DNA of 64,000 bases from a virus (Duplodnaviria > Caudoviricetes): positions 8,565-72,564 of the IMG/VR virus record IMGVR_UViG_3300017705_000783. One strand, written 5' to 3'. Within the stretch, counting starts at the first letter, position 1. Each line of letters opens with the position of its first letter. The translations under genes were made by a program, and so were the position numbers. Below, one piece after another: positions 46,379 to 56,835 of the stretch. The notes beneath the pieces are model-generated. The model did no database searches and was not told the DNA's origin. It saw nothing but the letters and a program-made list of their open reading frames with translations.

Positions 46379-48000
46379 TAGAGATACACTATATCTAAAC
46401 TAAAATTATTAAGTTGTATTATTTCATTATGATCTACAGGGATAATATCATCAATATTATCAATTGTTGCAAATCTAATTTCTGATAGCTGGAATATCTT
46501 TCTCTCCAGCTCAACTTTAAGAAATTCTTGTCCAAATTCCATATTATCCACAAAGAAAAAGTCTAGTACCTGTGCGGTTACCTTTCTTTTAATTTCTTCT
46601 TCTATTTCTCGATATTCTCTATCTAATCTAAGATTTATTGTTAAATCTAAAGTCCGTATCACTCCATCATTTATAACTACATGATCAGTAAGCATCTTCT
46701 TAGCATCAATTTCAGTTAGTAGATTATTTTTAAATGTTGGAGACGCTTTTTGAAGTTGTAGGTCGGTAGCCTTCTCTAATACGAATAAATCAATTATATT
46801 AGCAGAAGAAAAGCCCTCCCTAGTAACTGCTGCTACCTTGGCAGTCGTTCCAATAGCACTGTAGAACCTACTTCCGAATGCTATATAATCTTCTAAAGTT
46901 ACAAGTCTATCTTGGGATTTAAAAGTATAAGGAGCATATCTCTTAGCCTGTTCTGCTGTTTCTCCGTTTCTACCTCCCGTCATCTCGCTTATATTCTCTA
47001 CTCTCCAACTAAGGGAATTATCATCTCCATCGGTTCCTGTTATTAACGCATTTATAGATTCTTTTACTAAATTTCCTCTGGATCCACCACCAACTCTATA
47101 AGTTACAGCATAAGTTGCATTATGAGGAGGAGCTTGCGAAATAGCACCATCCCCAAAAATAACAACACCGTTATAGTTATTAGAATAGGCCACCTCAAAG
47201 ATTTTATCAGAGCTACCCGAGGCAGAGAATATCTTATCTACTTGAGTATAGGTTCCAGTTGCAGATTGATCTGCTGTGGAATCTGCTGTAATATACACTC
47301 TAACGCTTTTTTCTACTACAGGACCTTCACCTAAAGCTATAGTTTTTACTTGATCAATGGAGCCAAATGTTCCTGTCTCTAAGATTAGAGCACCCTCTAA
47401 TAATGCTAAATTAGAGTACACGGAGCTTAGACTATTATCAGAATCAGTTGCTCCATTTATTGTTATAGAGTCTGCGCTATTTTCTATATTTACTACTTCA
47501 TTATTTGAATTTAGCTTATATAGGGAATATGTTACGGGGCTCCCATCCTCAGGAGAAGCTACTGTCACAACTCTATTTTGGTTAGAGAAAGATACTGCGG
47601 AGACTTGGGAGTCTGTAGGGTTTGTGGACTCATTCCAAGTTAATTGTGCTCTAGAGGACGCAGAGGCTGGTCCTTTTAAGGACACCCCTATAAGTTGAAG
47701 TAATTTTCTTAGATTATTTCTATTTTTTACTGTATTTAAAAAACATTCATTAGCTAGAGTATCTGCCTTAAATGAATTTACCGCACCCATATAGGCCACA
47801 AGCTCTACTAGCATCATCCCTAATTCCGAACCATAAAAGTTATTAAAATCTTCGGGGTACACCGCATTTATGTACTCAACCAAAGATTGTTTTATTGTCT
47901 CGTAATCAACAGCAGCAAAATTTATAAAATCAGATTTTCTATTCTCTGGTATCTTACCTAGTTTCATAAAATCTGAATCTACAGTTCCTGAAAAACTCAT
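46378..48000 (-). CDS. gp6: Baseplate wedge gp6/baseplate J-like
   Basis: DYETIK..L, GMMLVEL.AY, V.FGDG, YRVGGG..GN, QDRLVTLEDY. Confidence 0.92.
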   Translation of the reverse strand: MSFSGTVDSDFMKLGKIPENRKSDFINFAAVDYETIKQSLVEYINAVYPEDFNNFYGSELGMMLVELVAYMGAVNSFKADTLANECFLNTVKNRNNLRKLLQLIGVSLKGPASASSRAQLTWNESTNPTDSQVSAVSFSNQNRVVTVASPEDGSPVTYSLYKLNSNNEVVNIENSADSITINGATDSDNSLSSVYSNLALLEGALILETGTFGSIDQVKTIALGEGPVVEKSVRVYITADSTADQSATGTYTQVDKIFSASGSSDKIFEVAYSNNYNGVVIFGDGAISQAPPHNATYAVTYRVGGGSRGNLVKESINALITGTDGDDNSLSWRVENISEMTGGRNGETAEQAKRYAPYTFKSQDRLVTLEDYIAFGSRFYSAIGTTAKVAAVTREGFSSANIIDLFVLEKATDLQLQKASPTFKNNLLTEIDAKKMLTDHVVINDGVIRTLDLTINLRLDREYREIEEEIKRKVTAQVLDFFFVDNMEFGQEFLKVELERKIFQLSEIRFATIDNIDDIIPVDHNEIIQLNNFSLDIVYL

Positions 48001-48491
48001 CCTATGTTTACCTCAACTTCAAAGGGATCTATAAGATTATTACTTCGTATTTGTCCCGTTAATTTAACTACCAACCCATTCTCTGCTATAGTGGGATCAG
48101 ATTCAAATATACCTAGCTTTATTATTTCAAAGAAAGGTACAAAGATACTGATTTGTGTCGTTATATCCGCTCTTAAAATTTCAAATGTTGTTATATCAAG
48201 AGGAGAAAAGGCGTAATCATCTAAATTAAGACCAAAAGAAGAGTTCATTACCCTTTCACCTTTACGAGTTAGGAATAATTGTCTCAACATCCCTCTTATT
48301 AGTTCTTTGTCCACTGATTTTGCAAAATAATCTACATTGGATACTTTTTGTACGTCTCCAAGGACTCTTTTTGTTCTAGATTGAGCAAAAGGATAGCTAA
48401 TACCCATTAAAAATTTATTTTGGGAGGCTATCTGTCTCTTAGCTGCTTTAGAAGGCAAAGATCCGTAAATATTTTTGTTATCAGAAATCAT
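47997..48491 (-). CDS. gp25: Baseplate wedge gp25-like
   Basis: GISYPF, LFLTRKGERVMNSSFG.NL..Y.F.P. Confidence 0.88.
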   Translation of the reverse strand: MISDNKNIYGSLPSKAAKRQIASQNKFLMGISYPFAQSRTKRVLGDVQKVSNVDYFAKSVDKELIRGMLRQLFLTRKGERVMNSSFGLNLDDYAFSPLDITTFEILRADITTQISIFVPFFEIIKLGIFESDPTIAENGLVVKLTGQIRSNNLIDPFEVEVNIG

Positions 48492-51400
48492 TATGTTTGT
48501 ATATTCTTAAAGAATCCCTTCTGAGCATTAAAGTTCTTTAATACTTCCGCACTATTTAGTGCCCTTTTATATAGCTTTAAACTCCCGACCATTCCATTAA
48601 AGCCACTTCTTAAGCCACCGTCCTTAGATCCAAGAAAATTCATACCCGAATCGGAGCTTGGGCTATATCCAAATTCTTTATTGGTCATTCCGTCTGTGTA
48701 ACCGCCACCAATTATCCAAGGGGTAAACCCTGCCGCTCCTGGGGCATTCCATCTCCAGAAATCTCCCTGATATACAGCAGATGGAATATAGGTTATAGAT
48801 CCTTTTGGTAAAGAATTTTCATATAAATTTGTGTAGCTGAAGCTACTAGAATCTACAGGAGACGGGATATTAGGAGGTCCTGTAAATCCAAAAGTATTAA
48901 CATAATTTTGAGACAGAACCTCTACCCCATCAGAGTAAATAGCAACTCTTCCATCCCCAGAAGGATCACAAGTTATAGATAAATGCTTAAAAGTAGATGA
49001 ACAATCTCCCAAAGCAGAAGTAGTCCCAGTAGGACCTGTCACATCTAACACTGCTCCCAAATATCTCTGGGGGTCGGTGGTATTTGCGAAACAATCTAAA
49101 CTAGCTTTTGGTATGAAAGTTATACTACTAGTATTTATAGACCTTGTGGGTGCCATATAAAACTTTAGATCAGAATCTACAGGGTTTAGTCCAGTATCAT
49201 TTGAAAGAGGTAAGTTCTTTGTAAATCTCCTATCCCTCGTAAAGCCTACCAATAAACCCTTAACGGAGTCGTAATCTTGGAATATCTCCATTCTTTCTGC
49301 GTCTGTAACCTGCTTATCTCCCCCACGGTTCTCATTACCTAAAAGAATCCTGTGCATGGAGGAGGATTCTAGAGAAGTATCCCACCCATCATAACTACTT
49401 GTCATTAATGTGGGTACATGAATCCAACAATCTAGAGTAAAACCTTCTCTCTTATAAAGAAGACTTTCAAAATCATTTATATTTTGAGGAAGCCTCATAT
49501 AACTTAAAGGATTGTATGGGGACTGTAGGTACTGGGCAGAGGGAGGAGATAAGTAGTAGGACGCTTTAGTATTTGTCCCTGAGAAGAAACTACAAATACC
49601 CTTGAACTGGGCTATCCCAACTCCAGAGGGATACACGGTGTCAAAAGAGCTTGCTACTATTTGTGCATTGTATGAAGTCCCAGTATCAGCGGTATTTTCT
49701 ACGCTAAAATTTATTGAGTCTGGTTTGGATTCTACATTAGCCCCTAAAAAATTATAACAAGAAATCAAATCTGTAGTTACGATGTTGTCTGTGAGGGACA
49801 CTACAGGGGCTTGGGTAGATGTTACCGATGATGCCGATGATATTATTGAACCTCTTCCTGTCGTAGGAACATGTAAATGATTTATATAAACTGTTTTTAA
49901 GGCAGTGTCTTTCTTTATTGTACTTGCTATCTTTAAAGGCAGCACGACACTGGAAACTTCTCCAGGTAGAAAGGCTAACCTTGATTGAGCCTTTTCATGT
50001 ATTTTTATTTGTGTGTTATCTAAGAATGAAAAATCATTAACAGGAACTTTCCCTATTTCTGCGCCTCCCAAAACTACAGCTATTTGTATTTGTTTCTTTC
50101 TTCTATTTATTTTATTTTCATAAGTTTCAATGGTTGAATTTACATTTTGCTTCGCATTACTAACCAAGGCAGAGTCTTCAGCGTACCCACTAACCAATAA
50201 ATCTTTTATATAGGAAGAGGTATCATAAACTCGTCTATTTCTTTCTCCTTGAATTTGTGTTAGAAAACGATCTTTGTTATAATATTCTTTTATCTTTGGA
50301 TCGTTTTCTAATTCTGTATTTTCAATATCGAATATAGTGTTAGCCCATTTATTAAATTCCTTTAAAGAAACAGATTCCCCCTTACCTCCGCAATTAGGAT
50401 TATACAAATACATCCATCTTAGAGATGCTTCGGGAATAACAGATTCACATTCAACAATATCTTCTAAATTAGAAGGTAGATCAATCCCCCCATTAACAGA
50501 ATCGTAGTAAATGCCTGTTCTTGTTAAAATAAACTTTTCTTTAGTACTTATGGGAGGATCTAGCCTCTCAGGTTTAACCCAGAACTTCTCCTGTGGTAGC
50601 TTTTCTTCATCTACGGTCCACCTACCTCCTGCGTCTTCACAGGCTTGCTTATCCTTGTACTGTGTCCCTAAACTGCAATAACCTCCCTGTCCAGGCATCC
50701 TAACACAAAATCCTGTCCCTTCTAGTATCTCAGCTACAGTTTTTCCTTGGCTTTCTACATATACGGATCCATCAAAGCAGGGTTCTGGGTAGTTGTCGGG
50801 ATCAAGGTAACGATTATTAAGTATTTCATTGATAATATTAAGTTGTTCTTGTGATTTTGTAACAAAAGCAAGAGCATTAATTATATTTTTCCTCTCCACT
50901 GCGTATTTTGCATCTAAATCTTCTCTATATTCCTTTACTTTGTCAGGGTCCACTCCTGGTATCCATACCCCTCCTGCATCTTCACAAGAAGATGCATCAA
51001 TATGATCTGCGTTTCTTCTGCCATTTATCTTACAAAAACCACCAAAGTTGGCATACTTACTAGCAAGAGCGGAGTGGTTAGATTTCAAGGATTCATGGGT
51101 TGAAAGTTGATCAATACAATTAGCTATTTGCTGGACTTTATCGACAATACCAGTAACTGTATCCCAAACCTCGCTAGCCATTCCTACCAAGCTTCCGAGA
51201 GAACCAAGAAAACCTCCACCTAAGACAGAATCACTCAAATTGCTGGTTAATGTCATCATCCCATTAGCGGTTTTTGCTTCTATTATTCCAAGTTGCAGGA
51301 ACAACTTCCTCTTTTGTTCCTTAATGTAATCCTGAGCTGCTTTCTTTCCTGCTTGAATAGATTTACTTAAACTCTCTAGTGGACTTGAAGGAAATAATGC

Positions 51401-51529
51401 TAACACTTCTCCCGCTAAGTCAGTAGCACAAGAAGGAACTCCGAACTGAGTCTCTAAAATATCCATAGCGGGAGTCTGGTTATCAAGAGTATTAAATAAA
51501 AAATCTGCTTTTTGTCTATCAAATCCCAT
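48491..51529 (-). CDS. Virion protein with C-terminal LamG/concanavalin-like domain
   Basis: FTLDCWIH, HLSIT, IYSDG, WIIGGG, GSLKLYKRALNSAEVLKNF. Confidence 0.7.
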   Translation of the reverse strand: MGFDRQKADFLFNTLDNQTPAMDILETQFGVPSCATDLAGEVLALFPSSPLESLSKSIQAGKKAAQDYIKEQKRKLFLQLGIIEAKTANGMMTLTSNLSDSVLGGGFLGSLGSLVGMASEVWDTVTGIVDKVQQIANCIDQLSTHESLKSNHSALASKYANFGGFCKINGRRNADHIDASSCEDAGGVWIPGVDPDKVKEYREDLDAKYAVERKNIINALAFVTKSQEQLNIINEILNNRYLDPDNYPEPCFDGSVYVESQGKTVAEILEGTGFCVRMPGQGGYCSLGTQYKDKQACEDAGGRWTVDEEKLPQEKFWVKPERLDPPISTKEKFILTRTGIYYDSVNGGIDLPSNLEDIVECESVIPEASLRWMYLYNPNCGGKGESVSLKEFNKWANTIFDIENTELENDPKIKEYYNKDRFLTQIQGERNRRVYDTSSYIKDLLVSGYAEDSALVSNAKQNVNSTIETYENKINRRKKQIQIAVVLGGAEIGKVPVNDFSFLDNTQIKIHEKAQSRLAFLPGEVSSVVLPLKIASTIKKDTALKTVYINHLHVPTTGRGSIISSASSVTSTQAPVVSLTDNIVTTDLISCYNFLGANVESKPDSINFSVENTADTGTSYNAQIVASSFDTVYPSGVGIAQFKGICSFFSGTNTKASYYLSPPSAQYLQSPYNPLSYMRLPQNINDFESLLYKREGFTLDCWIHVPTLMTSSYDGWDTSLESSSMHRILLGNENRGGDKQVTDAERMEIFQDYDSVKGLLVGFTRDRRFTKNLPLSNDTGLNPVDSDLKFYMAPTRSINTSSITFIPKASLDCFANTTDPQRYLGAVLDVTGPTGTTSALGDCSSTFKHLSITCDPSGDGRVAIYSDGVEVLSQNYVNTFGFTGPPNIPSPVDSSSFSYTNLYENSLPKGSITYIPSAVYQGDFWRWNAPGAAGFTPWIIGGGYTDGMTNKEFGYSPSSDSGMNFLGSKDGGLRSGFNGMVGSLKLYKRALNSAEVLKNFNAQKGFFKNIQT

Positions 51530-52770
51530 TAGTCTAAATCTACCCTTATACCGCTATTAATATCTATATATGGAGCATTTAATTCTATTTTCTCTCCACT
51601 TGTGATACTTACTTTCTGTGTTGCTACTATATCTACTGTACCACCAGTAGTAATAACTATTTTAGAAGCACTATATGGCGCACTTATATGTATAACAGAA
51701 TCGGGACCCAGAGCCTCTAAATTAATATTATTCCATTCTGATTTTATATTAACACACCCATAACTCTCATCTCCCTTGTCTAAAGGGTTAAATCCGAATC
51801 CTGGCGGGAAAAGGTCAGGGTGTACTTGCCCTACTCCAAAAACTGAAGCCCAAGGGAGGGGTGGGTACGCCACAGACTCGATCTCATCTACCTCGGGGAT
51901 GTATATAGCGTCTCCACCTCCAATAAATGAAAGTTTCCTACCTGCTGGGTTTGGGGACATAAAACCTGTAGAATCATTAAGGATTTCGATATTTCTTCCT
52001 TCTTTAACTCTAACTTCAACTCCTGCGTCCCTACTAACTATATTTGCAGGTCCGTGAGTATCTACCCTAAATTCTCCCGCTGAATATGTTCCACCTTCTA
52101 CCCCTGCGGCATCTTGCTTCCCTGCTAAGATTATATGATCTTCGATTAATGCATCGTCTTGTCCTGTAGTTATATTAATAAAATCTTGAGCAGGAGTTTC
52201 ACATAATTCTATCTTCTTACCAGCTCCCCCTTGAAGAGTAGTTGTTGCGTTCATCCATGCATCAGAATCCCCTCCAACTTTCTGATCTGCGATAATGATC
52301 CCGCCATTACCCTTTCCTAAAAATGCATTTTTAGATGGAAGAATATCATTGGCATAGGTGTCATCTATCCATAAAGGAAGAACAGGGGGGCTTTCAGCGT
52401 TTGCTCCCAAAGATGTAAAGTCTATCTTATCTCCTTTAGTTTGGAGAGTTGTAGCTCCCTGTGGGTTTGTGGTAAAATCAGAGTTCAATTCCTCATCATC
52501 TAGAGCGTCTGCTAGAAATCTATTGGTACCGACTATAGCTCCTAAATAATAAAGACCAGCCGACCCCCTATTATGATTTGAAGCATCTACCTCAAGAACT
52601 AAAATCTCTGTACTTGGAGTTGGTGGAGCAAAAAATCCACCGTCCACATTATTTGAGGGACTTACGTAAGTAACCCATACTGGGCTTGGGCTGTTAGGAA
52701 GAATCACCGTAAACCTACCAGTCTTTGTTATATCCTCTACGGTATGGACTGTACATCTATAAACTTGCAT
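51529..52770 (-). CDS. gp5/VgrG-like central spike (OB fold plus beta-repeat C-terminus)
   Basis: V.D..KTGRF.V, PP...EILV, YYLG; C-terminal IDIVA..KVSITSG.KIELNA..I.I repeats; no lysozyme domain seen. Confidence 0.65.
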   Translation of the reverse strand: MQVYRCTVHTVEDITKTGRFTVILPNSPSPVWVTYVSPSNNVDGGFFAPPTPSTEILVLEVDASNHNRGSAGLYYLGAIVGTNRFLADALDDEELNSDFTTNPQGATTLQTKGDKIDFTSLGANAESPPVLPLWIDDTYANDILPSKNAFLGKGNGGIIIADQKVGGDSDAWMNATTTLQGGAGKKIELCETPAQDFINITTGQDDALIEDHIILAGKQDAAGVEGGTYSAGEFRVDTHGPANIVSRDAGVEVRVKEGRNIEILNDSTGFMSPNPAGRKLSFIGGGDAIYIPEVDEIESVAYPPLPWASVFGVGQVHPDLFPPGFGFNPLDKGDESYGCVNIKSEWNNINLEALGPDSVIHISAPYSASKIVITTGGTVDIVATQKVSITSGEKIELNAPYIDINSGIRVDLD

Positions 52771-52773
52771 CTT

Positions 52774-55563
52774 TTAGTTCTCTAATTTGTAATTCTTAAC
52801 TATATTAAAAGAAGTACTCACCTTTCCTTGGCTAACAATAAAACTAAGTCCCTGTATTGTATATTCCCCAGATAACCATTTAGAGGGTTCACGGCTATCA
52901 AAGAAATCATTTATTTTAATATCAGGTTCTCTAAAATTAATATTAATTTTAGACATTAGACTTCTAACGGGGGACATAAATTTATAATATGGTAAAGTTT
53001 CTATTTGTCCTGTAAATGTAACTTCGGATACCCTCTCTCTCATAGCTAATATATTATCTATAGCACTAGATTTTTGTATAGGATCAACGATAACGTATTG
53101 ATGGTTTTCTATCGCAGAAAAATTAGCCTCAAGGTACTCCATCACACTGTCTATAAACTCTTCTCTAGTGAATCCTAGTAACGCCTCTTGAATCTCCCCT
53201 CTATCCTTAAATGGTAGTCTATCAAATATTGGAGTATTGGGAACAGGAGTCTCTTCATGCTTATCATACCAAGCCTCTACAATTCCCCGTATGTTCCCCG
53301 TGTCTCTATTTCCAGTATTCTTAATATAACTAGCTATAGATCCAAATAAGTTATTATGAGAGGCATTCCTACCTAACAAGCCATTTGTAGCTATAGTAGG
53401 TATAACATTAGCTATAAGGTATGCGTACCATGGACGTAAATCAAAGTTAAAACTTAATATATCAGAATTTATATCTCCATAAGTAAAGGTGTGCATAACA
53501 GTTTTTTCAATAACGTCAGAATATATCTCTCCCTTAAACTCCACAAATGCTTCATGCAGGGCTGCGAATAGGGTATCATTAGTAGATTTAAAATCTTTAC
53601 TTTCTTTTATTTGCGAAAGATTAGAATAAGCCTCTCCTGTAGATATTAGAATAAATCTATCAAAATCTTCTTTTGTGCTGGGGGGGATACCTTTTTCAGC
53701 GAGTTTTGTATAAACTAGTTCACAAAGTTTAATCTCTGAAAATACTTGAGTTATAAAAGTATCGGCTGAATTTATTTTACTTAAAATACTTAAAGCTTGA
53801 TCTTTCATTTCTTGTCTAGTTTTTCCTGTTAATCTAATATGAATATCAACTATCATCTTTTCCATTTGCTTACGAGCGTCTTGATGTGCCTCATCTCCAG
53901 TGCGAGAGAGTCCTGCCCCTGTAAGGTTGGAGGACTCTGTGGGTGTAAAATCTTCTGCTATCGTAAAACCTAAGTTCTGAAAAAAATCATAAGCTGCGTT
54001 CAAATGTAATACATACTGATCTACACTATCTATTGGTATGGGTTTTCTAACTTCCTCTATGTCTACTCCTGTTATTCTTTTGTATGCATCAGCTCTATCT
54101 AAATTATTAATATTTCCTTTGCGCCACCTTTTTAAATCTTGCTCAGTTAAGTATGCTCTGACCTTATCTTCTGCACCTTCTGCGACAAGCTGATCCAGAG
54201 TTTTTTTTATTTCCCCTAGTATCCACTTTCGTTGTTCCTCAGGAGTTCGCCTTTTCCCTTTTTTTTGGGCACGAATACCACTCTGTCTTGTGCGTGTTAT
54301 CCCATGAAGGCCAAGGGATCGCAGAAGAGGAGCGTGGGACACAATGATATCACCAGCGTCTCCAATAAAATCCTCAATGCCCGCATACCACTCCGTAAGA
54401 TCGTTCGTAGTCATGTAGGCCAATGCCGCCTTCTGAAGGTCCGCAAGTTTAGCCCTTCTCTGTCCCGTTTCTTCACGAGAGTACCGTTCTCTTATTCTTG
54501 CTTCCTCGGCATCGTCCCTAGCTTTCCATCCCGTAGTTCGCCATCCTGCTTTATCAAGAGTATCCCTAACTTGACCCCCATGCGCCCCTGGTATGCTAGC
54601 CATCACGCCCGAAGGAGTCTCCCCTATTTGTAAGGGTCCAAATAGATCCTTATATATCGGGGCAAATTCTGTTGCTCGATTGAATTCTTGTCCAGCCCCT
54701 CCTCTACGTAAATTATACCCCTTGGTACTAGCCATAAAATTGTTAACGGCATTGGTACAGGCAGCGGACCAAAGCCTGTCTAGGGCTTCATATACAGATT
54801 TTTGTGCTATTAAAAAAGTAGGTACATCAGTGAACTTAGCAAAAGTATCTTTTATAAGATTAAGAACTAAAATAGGGGCGCGTTCTACTACTACCAATTC
54901 ATCAACATACTTGGAATCTATGTATGTTCTTTGGATAGAATAAGTTCTATTTAGATTTCCTGTTGTAACCGCTTCCTCTTCGGGGGTAGCACCTAAGGCC
55001 GTCATTCCTGAGGAGGGAGCGAATGTAAGTGTAAATATTCTTACATTATTGGGACCCAATTCATAATTTACATAAATAAGATCTACCTTTTGGGTAGGTG
55101 CCCATTTTTTGGGGTCATCTGTCTCCCCAAAAGTTATCATAATTCCATCTGTTTCCTTTGATATACTCCTATTACCATAAGAAGATATCCAATCGGAATA
55201 ACTTTTAGATCCTATAGAAAAGAAAGAGAAAAATCTATCTTCAAAGGTATTAGTAGGATCTAATACTTTGACAACAAATTGCCCCTGCTCCCTTGAAGCC
55301 CCCCCTGCATTTATACTATAAGAGAACTCAAGTATATCTGAGTTTTCAATAGTAGATAAAAATATAGCTTTATGGTCCTTGTCGATGGCTTTCTTATACC
55401 ACGAGAATACTGACCCTTTGGCCTCTGGGTCTTTCAGTTTTTCAAGGGCACCAAAAATATCCCCCCTATTTCTCCCAAGAATAAGTTGGGGAGTATTGAT
55501 TGTCTCCCTAATAGTTGCAATTTCAGGAGTCCTACTGCTTTTTACTTCCGCTGTATTAGCCAT
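52774..55563 (-). CDS. Baseplate hub-like protein (gp27-like position); start refined to 55563
   Basis: Between gp53-like and spike; FTYGD..SDILSF, SGEYTI.G..F. Confidence 0.5.
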   Translation of the reverse strand: MANTAEVKSSRTPEIATIRETINTPQLILGRNRGDIFGALEKLKDPEAKGSVFSWYKKAIDKDHKAIFLSTIENSDILEFSYSINAGGASREQGQFVVKVLDPTNTFEDRFFSFFSIGSKSYSDWISSYGNRSISKETDGIMITFGETDDPKKWAPTQKVDLIYVNYELGPNNVRIFTLTFAPSSGMTALGATPEEEAVTTGNLNRTYSIQRTYIDSKYVDELVVVERAPILVLNLIKDTFAKFTDVPTFLIAQKSVYEALDRLWSAACTNAVNNFMASTKGYNLRRGGAGQEFNRATEFAPIYKDLFGPLQIGETPSGVMASIPGAHGGQVRDTLDKAGWRTTGWKARDDAEEARIRERYSREETGQRRAKLADLQKAALAYMTTNDLTEWYAGIEDFIGDAGDIIVSHAPLLRSLGLHGITRTRQSGIRAQKKGKRRTPEEQRKWILGEIKKTLDQLVAEGAEDKVRAYLTEQDLKRWRKGNINNLDRADAYKRITGVDIEEVRKPIPIDSVDQYVLHLNAAYDFFQNLGFTIAEDFTPTESSNLTGAGLSRTGDEAHQDARKQMEKMIVDIHIRLTGKTRQEMKDQALSILSKINSADTFITQVFSEIKLCELVYTKLAEKGIPPSTKEDFDRFILISTGEAYSNLSQIKESKDFKSTNDTLFAALHEAFVEFKGEIYSDVIEKTVMHTFTYGDINSDILSFNFDLRPWYAYLIANVIPTIATNGLLGRNASHNNLFGSIASYIKNTGNRDTGNIRGIVEAWYDKHEETPVPNTPIFDRLPFKDRGEIQEALLGFTREEFIDSVMEYLEANFSAIENHQYVIVDPIQKSSAIDNILAMRERVSEVTFTGQIETLPYYKFMSPVRSLMSKININFREPDIKINDFFDSREPSKWLSGEYTIQGLSFIVSQGKVSTSFNIVKNYKLEN

Positions 55564-55834
55564 TGGGGAGCCTAACCTCATCCTGAATATTTAAGCTTTC
55601 AAAAGGATCGGACAATCCATTAATCTCCATCACAGTCCACCAATTATCGCTGTTTCCATAGAACAGATTAGAAATTAGGTCTGGTCTGTGGTCATACCCT
55701 GCGGGGACGTACCCTGCTCTAAACATACTATTATCAGCATTACTAGTAGAATTTTCATAAATAGTAGATCCAACTGACGTTAGGATAGTCTTACCTTTGT
55801 GTGTTATCGGTATTAAATATTGTTCTCTACTCAT
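55556..55834 (-). CDS. gp53: gp53/LysM-like baseplate wedge protein
   Basis: RPDLISNLFYG..DNWW..MEING..DPF.L. Confidence 0.8.
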   Translation of the reverse strand: MSREQYLIPITHKGKTILTSVGSTIYENSTSNADNSMFRAGYVPAGYDHRPDLISNLFYGNSDNWWTVMEINGLSDPFESLNIQDEVRLPNG

Positions 55835-56835
55835 GAGTTTATCCTTTGTGGGTCTGTAGAATTGATATTATCGTCCTTCATTACCGCCTCCCAACCTGCG
55901 AGGTTATCTCTCTTAATTGCTTTTCCTGGATTAAACTTACCAAAATCACCCGTTCTATTTTCAACAGTACTTAAAGAAATTTTTATTCTTAAAGGAAGAA
56001 GGGTCCCCATATCATAGCCAGCTTCTTCTACAACCTTAATACTATAATCTCTACATAAAAGAGGAACATCTTGATAGGATAATCCGTGTCTTAATCTAAG
56101 AGTAGGGGGACCTAAAATTGAGTTCTCAGCATTTCCAGCAACACAAGTTCTTATTAATCCTAAGATAAATGTAATAGAATCTAAAACAGTTTTCTTTGCA
56201 TCCCATGTCTCGGTGTGAGTAACTTCATATTTTTTCCAAGGCCCCGCTAGATTTAATAATTTTTCCTCGCTATTAGATTCCCATCCTTCTACATTTATAG
56301 AAGCAATACCCTCTGCCAAGCTTGCGGGAGGAGCAGCGTCCGAAGGAACGCTGTGTACCCTATTAATAATTACATTAGTGCTATCATCCTGCCTACGGTT
56401 TTCTGTGCTTCTGGAAACAAAGCGTTCAAAAAATCTATTCATTTCGCTATCTTTTTTTTCTAAATTAGAAAAAGCTTTCTTTGTATTTAAAACACTTTTC
56501 CAAGAACTTTTAATATGAGCTAATGACAATATAAATTCAATATTTATAGATCTAGCGTCTGCTCCTACATGGGAAAACAAAGTTGATCCTCTATTTATTG
56601 GATTGTACTCTACTAACCGAGCTGATTTTCTTTCCGAGATTATTGGATTTTCATAAAATGGAATAAAAGTAATTGGGTTAGTATCCTCTATTTTTGCTTT
56701 TGGATATTCAAGAAAGATTCCTGATCTTAATTCTAAAGCTCTGTCTCCCCCTGGAAGAGGAGATAAGTCTTTCCATAATTTAGATCTTTCGTTGTATGTA
56801 TTTACAGTCCCATCGTAGTTATATGATATACTCAT
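55831..56835 (-). CDS. Tail tube initiator (gp48/gp54-like)
   Basis: R.I.IEF, PPTLRL..G, C.DYSI, P.RIKISL; follows tape measure. Confidence 0.6.
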   Translation of the reverse strand: MSISYNYDGTVNTYNERSKLWKDLSPLPGGDRALELRSGIFLEYPKAKIEDTNPITFIPFYENPIISERKSARLVEYNPINRGSTLFSHVGADARSINIEFILSLAHIKSSWKSVLNTKKAFSNLEKKDSEMNRFFERFVSRSTENRRQDDSTNVIINRVHSVPSDAAPPASLAEGIASINVEGWESNSEEKLLNLAGPWKKYEVTHTETWDAKKTVLDSITFILGLIRTCVAGNAENSILGPPTLRLRHGLSYQDVPLLCRDYSIKVVEEAGYDMGTLLPLRIKISLSTVENRTGDFGKFNPGKAIKRDNLAGWEAVMKDDNINSTDPQRINS

